Below are positions 27,511 to 41,200 of a DNA stretch of 64,000 nucleotides, piece after piece. How positions within the stretch are numbered: the first letter of the stretch is position 1; every line of letters begins with the position of its first letter. The notes beneath the pieces were generated by a model, which was not told the DNA's origin, did not search any database, and saw nothing but the letters and a program-made list of their open reading frames with translations. Source of the DNA: Octopus vulgaris (lineage: Eukaryota); contig OX597818.1 of assembly GCA_951406725.2 (NCBI GenBank), positions 86,862,001 through 86,926,000 on the forward strand. Reading direction: 5' to 3'. The position numbers and the translations under genes were made by a program.

Positions 27511-30500
27511 TAAATATGTATGGATAAACTCGGAGTAGTGAATGAATGAGTCATCAACTTCGGATGAATAAAACTATATTCAAGACTCGAGTCTCCTGCG
27601 TATCTTCACACACACACACACACACAAAGTAACGTTTTTCTTTTTTAGTCACCCGTCAGTTGTCTGTCTGGGAGAGAGACGGTTAAGGCGGTGTTGTGGC
27701 ATTTATGCCATAGCTAGTTAAATATAAGGGGAATGTTAACGAACAATCATATCCCATGTGATCGATTTTGACGTTTATGCGGGTTAAAACGAAAGAAAGC
27801 CAAAAGATCTATATCGGGTTGTTATTTAACTCTAGGTTAACCCTGATCGAACATGCCTTTAGTCAAAGGTAGTTCTATCTTTGACCATCCTGTCTTAATA
27901 CACACACACATACAAAAAAAGAAATATTACCAAATGTATCCATTTCAAGACAGATTGGCAGTTTTTCGTGAGATTTGGCTATTATTTCTTGCAAGTGAAA
28001 CGACTGCGTAAATGTTCTTCTCATAGGTTGTTGTTGTTTAGCCCCCGGTCAGTCCTCATGTAGTAGACAACCATATGATGAAAAGTATTCCAGCCGTCAC
28101 CATACTGTGTCATTTTTTTTTCTTTACTTTTATTTCTAATGTACAAGGAACCTAAGATCACTTAAAATGTATTTTGTAAGACGGTATGGTTGTAAAATTG
28201 AGTGAGATTTTGGCTGCCATTTCTAGCAGGTCGAGAGGCTCTTTCATTAACTATTCCTATTTATTGGTGGTTCGAGTTGATAGTTTCAATCCTTAGTGGA
28301 TGGAATCCGTAAAGAGGGGAGTGAGTAAGCTACATTTTATTTTTACACCTGGACACGGTTTGTGACACAAAATGGTGACATGTGCAAATCGCACATTGTC
28401 CATTGTAATGCATATAAACAAACGACAGGCTTTGTTGAGGAAGGAGGCGGGGCATTCTTTCGGTTTATATCCGCGAAAATGGAAACAAAAGAAGAAAAAA
28501 ATCGTCGTAAACAACCGGCATTAAAAAGCTGAAATTTTGAAGAAAAAAAAATGTTGGTATCCCTATAGAGTAGAGTCGGGAATTAGCAAGCGAAACCAGA
28601 ACTATAATTTCTTCGGATGTGTGTGTTTTAAGAAAAGAGGAATACGAATATGGGGTGTGGGGACGGAAAGGATTATGCGAGTGGAAGCTTGCCCCACCTC
28701 TGGTTTTTCGTAATTTTCAGTTTCGACTTTTTTTTCCTAAATTTATTATGTCAGGCATGTTTTAGAAGAATCATATTAAAATATGATCTGGAAAAGAATT
28801 TTAGAATGTTCAAAAGAGGAAAATTACTTTATATGGAAAGTGGAGAGAGGCAAACCATTCGCAGTTCTTTTTTCTTTTTTTTTTCCCCTCAAATTCGTAA
28901 TATACAAACACGTTCCAAAAAATTGCGATAATTTCCGACTCTATTTTATAGGAACACACAGTGTTCCTATAAAATAGAGTATTTCTAAACGTGGAATCTC
29001 CTCCGTCGAAAAAAAAAAAAAAAAAGAAAAGTTAAGGAAATAAATGAAACTGGATAAGAAAATATTAAAATTTAAGAAGCTTTTTCTTTTTGGCAATATG
29101 GCAAGTCTTTTGTTGAAAGCATGGGAATCTGATGAAATTTTTTTTTGGTGGAGGGAACGGTAGGAGTGGGGGTACCTACCTATTCGACAATGTCCGTCTC
29201 ACATTGCTGATCACATTTTATGATCATTAAACGAAATAATGCCAAAATGTGGTACCATTCTTCACCTCGTGTCACCATCACATTGTGTTTGTTGTAGAAC
29301 ATGTTTTTTTTTTATTTTTAACTGTGGCTGGTGTTGGTGACAGTCGAAATGCAAGCTCTGATAACCACATTTGTATCCGCAAGCCTAAGAATGAGTATAT
29401 ATGGCTGTTGACACACTAGAAAAAGCAACCAAATTTCCCTCAAATTTCAATATATCGTCTTAGAAAAATTAGTGGTTGCTGGGTTTCCAGCACAGCAGAA
29501 GACAGGGTGGTCGTGTCTGGATTTCCTTTATGATAAGGTCTGATTGATGAGGATCAAATTATTTTAAACCCATCTCACCCCCACCCCTAGTCCCAAAAAG
29601 GAATCTTTACGTTAACTTGACATGGTAGAAATAGCAGCCAAATTGTCCTCGTCATACCCTATTTTGAAATGAAGTCACATTAGTTAATGTTGTTTGAGAT
29701 GTATTTATGCATGGAAAATAAATAAGTGGGGAAGGACAGCTACCATTGATCATAGATCTATACCGTCGAGGCTGACCCTTGGTTAAACAACGACAACGCC
29801 TGACCTAACACTTAACAAATGAGTCAGAACTGAGCATAGCTGCAGCATTTGATTTGCTAGAAATAGCTGCTAAATCTCCCTGAATAATATAACTGTCGAT
29901 ATACTGTGATGAAAAGACGGGATTGTCATGGCCGGAATATCTTTGGTCATAGGTGTTGTCAGATCAGAGTAGAAGGCCTGAGGCTTAGTTACTAATGTAA
30001 ATGAAACCACTTACTCTGAAAAAAAAGTCAGCAATTTTTTTTAGTAAAACAAATCTTGACGGGGCATATAATGTCACACTCGCGCAGTCCTATATGCACA
30101 CACACACATACATTTTATACGTACAACACACAAACACACATCACATGTAACATTTTTTTTTTTACACATATCTAACATTACTTTCACACAACTATACACA
30201 TCACTCTTTCACATGCGTACACAGCCACTACCGGCATGGCATACATGCATATGCATACACACTTATCAAAGCAAAGAACAAGCTTCTACATGGTTGTTCG
30301 ACTTGCTAAAAATAATAGCTAAATAGTCCTCAAATCATACTCTGCTTCCTCCTTTAAGACGTCGAGATTTTTGGCTGATATTTCTACCGGGTCTAGCAAT
30401 CACAGGGACTATTTTGGCTCGCGGAGTTGGGTGATGCAGCAACCAAAAGTTGCTTCGCCATTAGTCGGTCCTGATCGACCAGATCTATGTGATCAAAGCC

Positions 30501-32607
30501 ATTCCAACTACGACCAACCTGTCTTTCTCTCGTATCAGTATGGGAAAGCAATATGAAGGAGATTTGGCTGTTATTTTCTTGCAGGTCGAACAGACATATA
30601 TAAATACTTAGGAGAAGGACACTGGATAGTGTAGTTTTAGATATGTACTGTCAGAATAAAAGCCAGGTTACATTTGGAACGTTTTTTTTTTCATACAGCA
30701 ACGTTAACTGTAGAATTGGTAAAACTAAGTACTGTTTAGTTTTAGCGGTTGTAGACTAAATCCGTCCGTCCATATTCAGTCAACTTGTTATCAAAACAGG
30801 CAAAAAATGAATGTCTCAACATCTTTGTAATTAGCTATAATTATGTTTATATGTGAATGATTAAAGTCTGTATTTAGTGCATATACATGATAAAAGTTCG
30901 TTTTACATATCGGTTAGTGTGAGTGAGAGAGAAAGAGAAGTGTGTATTTAAACTTGATTTCTTTGCCTTTTAACTCGAGGTTCAGGCCACTGAAATCAGT
31001 TCTCGCCTGAAGATCGCAGTGACATGAAACGTAAGCTGAGTTACGAGGCAAAGAAATTCAGTTCAAATGGAATACACGCTATAACATGTATTTAGTATCT
31101 TGCGTTGACAAATTAGTTCAGCTGAATGAGTTGAACCCCGCTCTGCTGGTACTTTAGACGAGTGTTTTCTACCGTAGCCCCTGGCCGACCAAAGCCTTGT
31201 GAATGGATTTACTCGAAGATATGTGCGTGTGTAGTCTCCTCTTGACATCGTGTAATTGTTGAAAATGAATGTCATTCATTTCCAGTATTCTGCGGAAACA
31301 TGTCATGGCCATGGGGGAAATATTACCTTGCTCGGAAATGGCTAAGGGTTGACGACATGAGGGGTTTCCAGTCGTTAAAAATCTGCCTCAGTGAACTCCG
31401 TCCGCCTCATGAATTCTTGGAAGAGTACACATTAAAACTATCACACGCACACACATACACACGCACGTACGCACACACACACACACACACACACACTTAT
31501 TGATTTCAATTATTGGAGGGCGTCCAAGAGGCATTGCTTTGGAGGGATCAGTCAATCATATCAGTTCAATATTTATTGAAAGTAGTACTTGCTTTATCGA
31601 TCTCTATTTGTCAAACCGCCCAAGGACATAGAATAAACTTCAGACAAGGACACACACACACACATTTGTGTCTGTGATGTGTTCAGTTTCTGTCTAGAAA
31701 CTTTTACGTGCTAAGTATTTAGCTGAACTCAGAACGTTGTAAAAAAAAAACTTATGGTTGAAAGTGTTACGAGTTAAATTCGAACTTGGAACCACATGGT
31801 TGTGATGTGAGCTTCTTAGCTACATAGCCGTCCCATGCCTGCTCCAGGTAATTTTTTATGTAATGTTGATGATTCACTCTATGGCTTCTCAGCTTCACGC
31901 ATGTCAACTATATTCACATATATCCTGAGATACATATACTATGTGTGTGTAGGTGCGGTATGGCTGAATGGTTAAGACGCTCGCTTCACAACCACGAAGT
32001 TCGGAGCTCGATCCTACTGATTAGCATCTTGGGCAAATATCGTTTTCTATGGTCTTGTGAGTGAAATAGGATGGAGGGAAAACTATTGAAGCCTGTTGGC
32101 TAGATCGTACCTGTAATTCGAAAGGCAACACCAAACTTCATGCTGATTCTCCCTGACCGTTAAGGGTACACTAGGAATACTCAACCACCTACCTGTTAAT
32201 TTATTTCAAGTATCCACAAGTCAGACACAACAAACAGCACCGTACCACTTGAGGCGAGACATATTTGCACTGTATGTATTGCAAATTTCAAACCTCTCTC
32301 GTTTCTCAAAAGCTACTTAAGTGCTCATGCACGAGAAAAAAGAGCACAGCTAACAAGAAATGGTCAATCTCTCTCTCTCTCTCTCTCTCACATACACACA
32401 TATATCTGTGTGCTTGTGTTTGTCATGTTTGTCCTCTACCACCACGACCACGTGACAACCGATGTTGGTTTGTCTACTTTCCTGTAACCTGGCGGTTACA
32501 GTAGTTCCAGTAAGTTACAGGCTTCATATATATATATATATATATATGTAGGTCCCGGGTTGAGTCGGGGCTAACCACAGTAAATAAGGTACTCAATACA
32601 TAGCAGA

Positions 32608-32609
<2 letters not shown>

Positions 32610-32651
<42 letters not shown>

Positions 32652-33045
32652 GTGTGTATATATATTTGTGTGTGTATATATATGTGTGTGTGTATATATA
32701 TTTGTGTGTGTATATACATGTGTGTGTGTATATACATGTGTGTGTGTATCAATATACATGTGTGTGTGTATCTATATATATGTGTGTGTGTATCTATATA
32801 TATGTGTGTGTATCTATATATATGTGTGTGTATCTATATATATGTGTGTGTGTATCTATATATATATGTGTGTGTGTATCTATATATATATATGTGTGTG
32901 TATCTATATATATATATGTGTGTGTATCTATATATATATGTGTGTGTGTGTGCATATATATGTGTGTATGTATTTGTGCATATATATATGTGTGTGTGTA
33001 TATATGTATGTATTTATATATATATATTTATATATATATATATGC
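32610..33045. repeat. compound TA/GT minisatellite (tatctatatatatgtgtgtg) splitting a SINE A tail
   Basis: SINE A tail halves at 32440-32520 and 33060-33130. Confidence 0.85.
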
Positions 33046-33142
33046 ATGCATGCATGCTGAAATCGATTTTGTTCGACTAAATCCTTCGAATGTGTCCTCT
33101 AGCATGGCCGCAGCCAGTAACTAAAACAAGTTCGTGAAGAGT

Positions 33143-33192
<50 letters not shown>

Positions 33193-34385
33193 CAGACAGA
33201 CAGACAGACACGCACACAGGCTCGTTCAGTGATGTATGTATATTATTCTTCCTCCTGCTTTCAACAAAAGTGTTTTACAGTAGTAGTAATGATTCTATTG
33301 TATTGTACCTAACTCCCTCATTCCCCTTTGCTAGCCATGTTTGTCCGTCAAAAGGAGACAGACACGACTGTCTCCCTCAATGAAATAGAGTCCCCTTCCA
33401 TCTTACATACGCTGCCAGCCTGAAGAGTTGTTGTTGGTGGTGGTGGTGCTGATGGAGGTGAGAAGAAACAGGAAGCTGATGGTGGAGGTGGTGGTGGGGG
33501 AGAATGTTGACCACCAGTTTGGGAAGGGGGAGGGTGTTGGCGTCTTTCGTGGCTGTGTGAGTGGTGGGATGAGGATGGCGGTAAAAAAAGAGGTTATGGT
33601 GACTCTGGATGTCTATGTTTTAGGTAAGGAAGGGGGTTGTTATACAGGTGTGTGTGGGGGGGATCGATTTCAAACTGCCCCCCCCCAACCTTAGTTCCCG
33701 AATATTTTGTGTCGTCTATCTTGTTTAATGCACTGTTTTTCAATTTGCCAAAAAAAATTCACCCCAGTTCTATTAAAATTGTCTATTTTGGGTTTTTTTA
33801 AAAAAAAATTGTTTCTCATATCAGGAGACATTCTGAGCTATCACTAGCTCACGGGGAAGGAAAAAAAGGTACGGAATTGACGGCCTTGGGGTGGGGTGGG
33901 GGAATTAAAATGTTAAGACAAATAAAAATGAAATTTTAGGAAAACAAAAAAAATTTTTTTTCAAAATCGTAATTTTCCATTCTATGAAACATAGGAATAC
34001 TAAGAGAGAGATGAAAGGAAAAAAAAAAAAAAAAATAAAACTTCACTTAATTCCTTACCCTCTTCCTTCCCCACGAGGAAGTAATATAGTTGTTCCAAAA
34101 CTCCGCCCATTCTGAGTTCAAATCACGCGAGGGACAACTTAAGCGTTTCATCCCTCTAATGATAATACGTAAATTATGCGCGCATACACACATACAGTTG
34201 CCCCTTTCTCCCTTTCTCTGTCTCTGAGACACCCTGTTTCATACATAGTTGGTTATTAATATATTGTTTTACGCGGCGTATAGGGAGAAGTTAATAGCAG
34301 TAGAATGAATCATCAGCTTCCAGTAAATTAACGAACTTTATTACATATATTGAGTGCTATTTCTTTCGTTTGTAAAGTCAAACGA

Positions 34386-34445
<60 letters not shown>

Positions 34446-34509
34446 TGAACAATAACGCGAAACTCGGAGTAATAAATGGTCTAGATTTAAAAAAATTATT
34501 ATTATTATT

Positions 34510-36165
34510 ATGGTGACAAGCTGGCATAATCGTTAGCACATCGGACAAAATGCACAGCGTGCAAAATGCACTTTCGTCTTCTCGTTCTGAGTTCAAATTC
34601 CGCCGAGGTCGACTTTGCCTTTCACCTTTTCGGAGTTGATAAAATAAGTACTAGTTGAGTACTGGGGTTGATGTCATCGATTAATCCTCTTCCCAGAAAT
34701 TTCAAGTTCTTGTACCTACAGTAGAAAGATTATTATTATTATTATTATTCTCCGTTGTCTCTTGTTTTGTGTGCAGCGCTTGTGGCCAATAAAGAATTGT
34801 CATCATCACTAACTCATGTATCAATATTTGTGTTTGTATATGCAGATATACTTGTATGTATGCATGGTTATCAATCTGTCTGTCTGCCTCTGTCAGCTGT
34901 GCTATTTCTTAGTTGTTCTTTTTATTTTCATAGTGTAACTTGAAGTAGATTACAGCATGTAGAATATTGGTTCAAAGAAACTTTGGATAGAAAAAGTCGA
35001 AGGCTGTCCGTGGGCATATTGTGTATGTTTGTATGTATATATGTCTGTGAGCGTGTATGCATATATATGTATGTCTGTGTGAACGTGTATGTATGTATGT
35101 ATGTATCATAAGGGTACTCGTTAGGTCTAGTACTCCATCTGAGAAGCTGTTAGTCGAACTATGCCGTCATAGTGAAGGCATTGTACCCATCAAAACAGTT
35201 AAATACAAAAAAACAAACAAACAAAAAAAAAACAACAACATTCTTTTGCGGTGTGGACTCTTCATCAATTACTACACGATCTCAATGCAGGAGTTGTACT
35301 TACTGCATAGACAGACCAAGACTATGAAAGACAAAGTCAACTCCAGTTGGATTTTTGTACACGAAATGTAATGAGACATCTCACTAAAGCAGAGTTACAA
35401 TTATCTTAACCTTTTCTACTCTAGGCACAAGGCCTGAAATTTTGGTGGAGAGGGGCCAGTCGATTATCGATCGACTCCAGTATGCAACTGCTACTTAATT
35501 TATCGACCCCGAAAGTATGAAAGGCAAAGTCAATCTCGACGGATTTTGAAATCAGAACGTAAAGACAGACAAAATACCGCTAAGCATTTCGTATTTTTAA
35601 ATTGGGCGAAGCGTGCTTAGTACAAATTCCTACAGGATAGTTTTATGTGAGAAACCGGTTAGTTAGTTAATATATTTGTATGTATATGTATGTTGGAAGT
35701 ATTTTAATACCTCAGCATTTTCTCATATACAAACGTGTTTTAAATGAAATCGTTACAGCAGTGAGTCTAGGCTCTTGAGTGAATACTGCTGTAATATCAA
35801 ATAATAATAATAATGGTTTTAAATTTTGGCACAAGGTCAGCAATTTCAGGGAAAGGTGTAAGACGATTACATCGACTCCGTTCAACTAGTACTTATTTTA
35901 TCGATCCCTAAAGGATAAAAGGCAAAATCGATTAATAATAATAATCCTTTTCACTAACTAAAGGCACAAGGTCCGAAACTTTGATGGGAAGTACTAGCCG
36001 ATTAAATCGACCCCAGTGCTTTACTGATAGTTATTTCATCGACCCCGAAAGGATGAAAGGCAAAGTCGACCTCGGCGGCATTTGAAATCAAAAGATATAG
36101 ACGGTCGAAATTCCGCTAAGCATTTTTTCCCAGTGTTCTAACGATTCTGCCGGTTCGCCGCCTTA
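34510..36165. mobile_element. cluster of SINE family B-related copies (34510-34735 +; 35408-35592, 35815-35930, 35945-36165 -)
   Basis: shared gagttcaaattccgccgaggtcgactttgcctttca core. Confidence 0.85.
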
Positions 36166-36299
36166 ATAACAACACACGCTCCCTCTCGCTCTCCTTATTG
36201 GCTTTCTTCCTTTCTTCTTTAATGACATCTCTATCTCTACACGAAACTCTTGGTCTTCCAGTTACTTTGTAACTTCTGCCTATTAACAATGAAGATTAG

Positions 36300-36690
36300 A
36301 GTAGCCGTGTGGTAAGTAGCTTGTTTACCAACCACATGGTTCCGGGTTCAGTCCCACTGCGTGGCACCTTGGGCAAGTGTCTTCTACTATAGCCTCGGGC
36401 CGACCAAAGCCTCGTGAGTGGATTTGGTAGACGGAAACTGAAAAGAAGCCCGTCGTTTATATGTATATATATATATGCATGTGTGTGTTTGTGTGTCTGT
36501 GTTTGTCCCCCTAGCATTGCTTGACAACCTATGCTGGTGTGTTTATGTCCCCGTTACTTAGCGGTTCGGCGAAAGAGACCGATAGAATAAATACTGGGCT
36601 TACAAAAGAATAAGTCCCGGGGTCGAGTTGCTCGATTAAAGGCGGTGCTCCAGCATGGCCGCAGTCAAATGACTGAGACAAGTAAAAGAG
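36300..36690 (+). mobile_element. SINE family A, young
   Basis: near-consensus, CpGs intact. Confidence 0.92.
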
Positions 36691-36756
36691 TAATATATAT
36701 ATATACTCATTTTCACGTTCTATTTATCCTGTCTGTACTACCAACGCATATTAAGG

Positions 36757-36791
<35 letters not shown>

Positions 36792-37087
36792 GCATATAAA
36801 GAGTGAGAGAGACGCGTAGACATAGCAGGCCGTGTGGTTTAGAAGTCCGTTTGGTAGCCACGTGGTTTCGGGTTCGGTCCCTTTTGGGGGAAAGTGTCTT
36901 TTACTGTATCCTTGGCTCATTTAAAGCCTTCTGGGTGGATTTGGTAGACGAAACTATGAGTTTGTGTGTGTGTGTGTGTGTTTTCTGTCCTCCCCCACCA
37001 ACTGTTTGATAACTGGTGTTGAGTTGTTATAGCGTTTCAGCAAAGAGTCCGATAAAATTAATTTCCCCGTTTTAAAATAAATAAATT

Positions 37088-37155
37088 AATAACTCAGCTG
37101 GGAGAGCGTTAGACTGAAGATCTAAAGGCTCCTAGATCGATCCAAGGTTTCGGCA
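37088..37155 (+). pseudogene. tRNA-Phe(GAA) pseudogene embedded in a decayed SINE A (36822-37235)
   Basis: taactcagctgggagagcgttagactgaagatctaaaggctcctagatcgatccaaggtttcggca versus canonical eukaryotic tRNA-Phe; 5' acceptor strand missing, T-arm mutated. Confidence 0.88.
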
Positions 37156-38064
37156 TCCGGAGGTTGGCATCTAGCATTTCTCAAGGCAGTGTGCTCCACC
37201 ATGGCTGCAGCCAAATGACTGAAACAAGTAAAAGAATTAAAAGAATAAGTACTGGGGTGGCCGCTGTCCAGTGATTGAAACAAGTAAAAGATGGATACAA
37301 CACACACACACACACACACTGCCTGTTGTCATGGATATCTCGACCAACAAAGTATACTGTCACCTTGGGAGGTATATAATAATGTCTGTATATATATTAC
37401 ATACACAAAGTAGCTGTTGTTTCAACTAAATTCTCGTCTGTCCCTTCTACCTCCTGCTCTCTTTATTTGTAATTTCATCTGTCAACCGTTCCCCTACCTT
37501 GCTACTTTCCTGCATTTCTTAAAGGAGAAATGGATGGGTGAGTGGGTAAGGTTTATGCTGTCCCTGTACTGTCTGCCATTTCTGTCTGTGTCGGCTGTCA
37601 TTCTTGTAATATTATTTATTGTATATTGTTGTATACATTGTTTAGCAATGAAGTTTGTCCTCATACTTTCTTGATACGTATACACAAGCATATACATACA
37701 TACATACATAAATTCATATATCTGCATACATATACACATACGTACATACACATATATACATACACGTACTTACATAAGTATAAAGGCGGTGTGGTTGGTA
37801 GAATCTGTCGAGACTCGGGGGAAAAAAAGTGCCTCGCAGCATTTGTTCCGGCTCTTTACATTGTAAGTTCAAATCATATCGAGGTCGATAATATAAAGTA
37901 CTACTCATAGTACTTTATATCGATCTAATCGACTACACCCCACTCCACTCGAAAGCGTTGGCCTTCTGCCTAAATTAAAAGCAATTGCATATACTATGTA
38001 TCACTGACTGCCAACATCTCATACAAGGCACATACATACACACTCTCAAATCTCTCTTTCCCTC

Positions 38065-38127
<63 letters not shown>

Positions 38128-38259
38128 AGAGGGACCTATTTACAAGAGAAGTTAAGTGTGTGTGTGTGTAAATATACGAATGACTGTGAATGTTTTCCGT
38201 GCCATGTAATTTCATTAACCACATAAAAACACACCTTATGTTTGACACGTCTCTCTTTC

Positions 38260-38292
<33 letters not shown>

Positions 38293-39888
38293 AAAGAGAG
38301 AGATGTGTTTGTGTGGGTGATATTGCCTATATCACAGTCGGAAAACGTTTTCAGTAATTCGTACGTTTACACATCGACAACATACACACACACACACACA
38401 CCTATCAACTTGCATACTAGACGTTTCACATGTTTAGGCTCAGCTGTTTCGTAGTTAAGAAGCTACTTCGCAACCAATTAGTTGCAGGTTCAATCTTGCT
38501 ATGGGGTCCTTTGAGTAAACTGTTCTTAACTATACTATCAAGTTGGCCAGTGAGTGCAGAATTTCTTAGCAACTCTAAACCCAACAGAAAACTCATCATA
38601 TGCCGGGAGGGGGTATTAAGTCGGTTGCCAAGATGTGGCTACCACCTAGAAAGAAGAGGGTGGAGAGCGTCTATGAGTTTACCCGATTCGACCTAGACAG
38701 TACTACTTACATCAGCTAGACAATGCAGCATTAGGTACATAATGACCCAGGGCCCAAAGAACAACACAAAAATAGTGTGAAAAGTCCCCAAAAGTTGATC
38801 GAACAGAGAATGAAAGATGCACAAGGAAGAGAGGGAGTGAGAATTGTTTTTGTACTCTAATAATTGGATTGAGTTAGGGCGGAGAAATCGTGACGGAAAG
38901 AGGGAAGTGTATTCAAACATTTCCATAAGAACCACAGAAAGCCAGTGGACTTCGCGAAGAATTTAACACTACACAATACAAGACACCTCTTTCTTCACAT
39001 TGTACCCATCTCATACTTATCTGGGCGTACGGTCGTTATCTGGATCTTATGATGCTCTGTCGTCACTATCTACAGTCATGACTTAGCAAAGACATAAAAT
39101 TAAACCCTCTGGATATTCTTTCTGCTCTAATATCCGTGGCTTCTGATCCAACCTTTATCCCATACATCTCCTATTAACACATATGTCACACGATCTCTTC
39201 CTTTCCAAGATATAAATCTCTCGCTCCCGTTTACAGCTCATATATCTGCTGTCTAGGCACTATCGTGTATCCAATAAATACTCAAGCTTCACACCTACCG
39301 GAAGTACCATATGGTACTTCAAATCAGTGGAGTGGACAGATCTCTGCCAGTTCTTTGCAAACTGCTCCTGGCGATATTAATCCATCAGAGACAGCCAGAC
39401 AAGTGTCATCTTCTTAAATATGTCCGTTTACATTCCACACACAACGAAATTCGTAATCCTAAATCTTACACTGAAGTTTTGATTTACGGCTGCGCTGTTA
39501 CAATTTAGGAGCAAGAAGTCTACAAGTCTAAGAGACTACAACCCACTTCTAGGTAAACTGGTGACGGTATTTTCCCTCATAGCAGTTCTTGCGAGATCCT
39601 CATTCGAAGTATGTCTCCATTCATACAATACACAGTCCGATTACTTTCTCTCTCGCCTCCAAAATTACTTTTTCCTTATTCGATATATCGCTACCAAATT
39701 TGCGGAATCCTCCTTTCTTCCGCTCCTCAACAATGATGGTTTTATTGACACTGCTTTGAAATCCCCCTCTGCATTTGTTGTCCACATACCCGATTCCACT
39801 AAACTGCACAACTTTTGGTAGCTATCCAACGTTATCCAAAAACAGGTCCATGTGTTGTTTGTAGGCACAGGCATAACTGAGTAATAAG

Positions 39889-40102
39889 AAGGCGGCGAGC
39901 TGGCAGAATCGTTAGCACGCCGGGTGAAATGCTTAGCAGTATTTCATCTACCGTTACGTTCTGAGTTCAAATTCCGTCGAGGTCGACTTTGCCTTTCATC
40001 ATTTCGGGTTCGATAAATTAAGTACCAGTTACGCACTGGGGTCGATGTAATCGACTTAATACCTTTATCTGTCCCCTCTATGTGGTGGGCAGTAAAGAAA
40101 TA
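39889..40102 (+). mobile_element. SINE family B, full length
   Basis: ggcggcgagctggcagaatcgttagc head; taagaag at both flanks. Confidence 0.92.
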
Positions 40103-40524
40103 AGAAGTCTGCTCACATGCTTCGTGGTTCCGGGTTCAGTCCCGCGGCGTGACACCTTCAACAAGTGTTTTCTACTGCAACTGCGGGCTGATTAAAACCT
40201 TGTGAGTGAATTTCTTACACAGAAACCTAAATCCGTTCCCCATTCCCCTGTTCTTGTATTTGCGTCAACATACCTACATATATTGTGTGTATCTTTGTAT
40301 TTGTCTCCCTCGCCATCACTTGACAAACGGTTGTCTACGTCCCCGTAATCTAGCAATTTAGCAAAAAGTGATGGATAGAATTGGTCCCGAGTTTTAAAAA
40401 AATATGTACTGGAATCGCTTTATTCAACTGAACTCTTCAAGGCGGTGTCCCAGCATGACTGAAGTCCAATACCTGAAAGATGTAAAAGATGTGTGTGTGT
40501 GAGACTGTCCTTCTGTATTCTTTT

Positions 40525-40882
40525 ATTTTTTTCAGTCATTTGACTGCGGCCATGCTGGAGCACTGACTTCAGTCGAACAAATCGACTCCAGGACTTATTC
40601 TATCGTTCTCTTTTTGCCTAGCCGCTAAGTTACGGGGATGTAAACACGCCAATATCGGTTGTCAAGCGATGGTGGAGGGACAAACACAGGCACACAAATG
40701 CATGTGTGTGTGTGTGTATATATATATATATGACGGGCTTCTTTCAGTTTCCGTCTATTAAATCCAATCCACTCACAAAGCTTTGGTCGGCCCGGGGCTA
40801 TAGTAGAAGACACTTGTCCAAGGTACCACGCAGTGTGACTGAACCCGGAACTATTTGGTTGGGAAGCAAGCTTCTTACCACA
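40525..40882 (-). mobile_element. SINE family A
   Basis: match to family A. Confidence 0.9.
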
Positions 40883-40899
40883 GGGAATTTTATTTCAAA

Positions 40900-41200
40900 C
40901 AGTGGTTCTCAACCGGGGTCCATATAAGATTGGGTCCACAGTAGTATTTTAAGGGCCCGCGAAAAAAGTTTGGTTTAGATGTATGTAGTGGCTTTTATTG
41001 CAAGAAACAGCTGGGTTTCTTTTTCTAACATTTTACATAGTTCAACCTACACAATGTGTGAAAAACGAATTAGGAATTTTGAAAGAAGCTTCTATAAAAC
41101 TAGTTTTAAGCATCGAATAGCCATGGTGGTGGTGGTGGTGTCTACCAGAATAAAATAGTAATCAGAGGGGTCCACAGATAAAAAAATGGTTGAGAACCGC
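40900..41200. mobile_element. hAT-type MITE
   Basis: TIRs cagtggttctcaacc / ggttgagaaccgc, subterminal ggggtcca repeats. Confidence 0.85.

Larger units (their letters stand above)
23940..30600. repeat. cluster of ~10 old ~200-bp interspersed repeats in both orientations
   Basis: recurring ttgtttagccc..ggtcag..tgatcaaaggcattccagccatgaccatc and gatttggctgctatttctagcaggtcga at ~23945, 24905(-), 25095, 27820, 28030, 29400(-), 29615(-), 29850(-), 30290, 30460. Confidence 0.75.

Noticed and set aside
37088-37155. Functional tRNA-Phe gene
   Set aside because: 5' acceptor strand absent and T-arm/B-box mutated; called a pseudogene.
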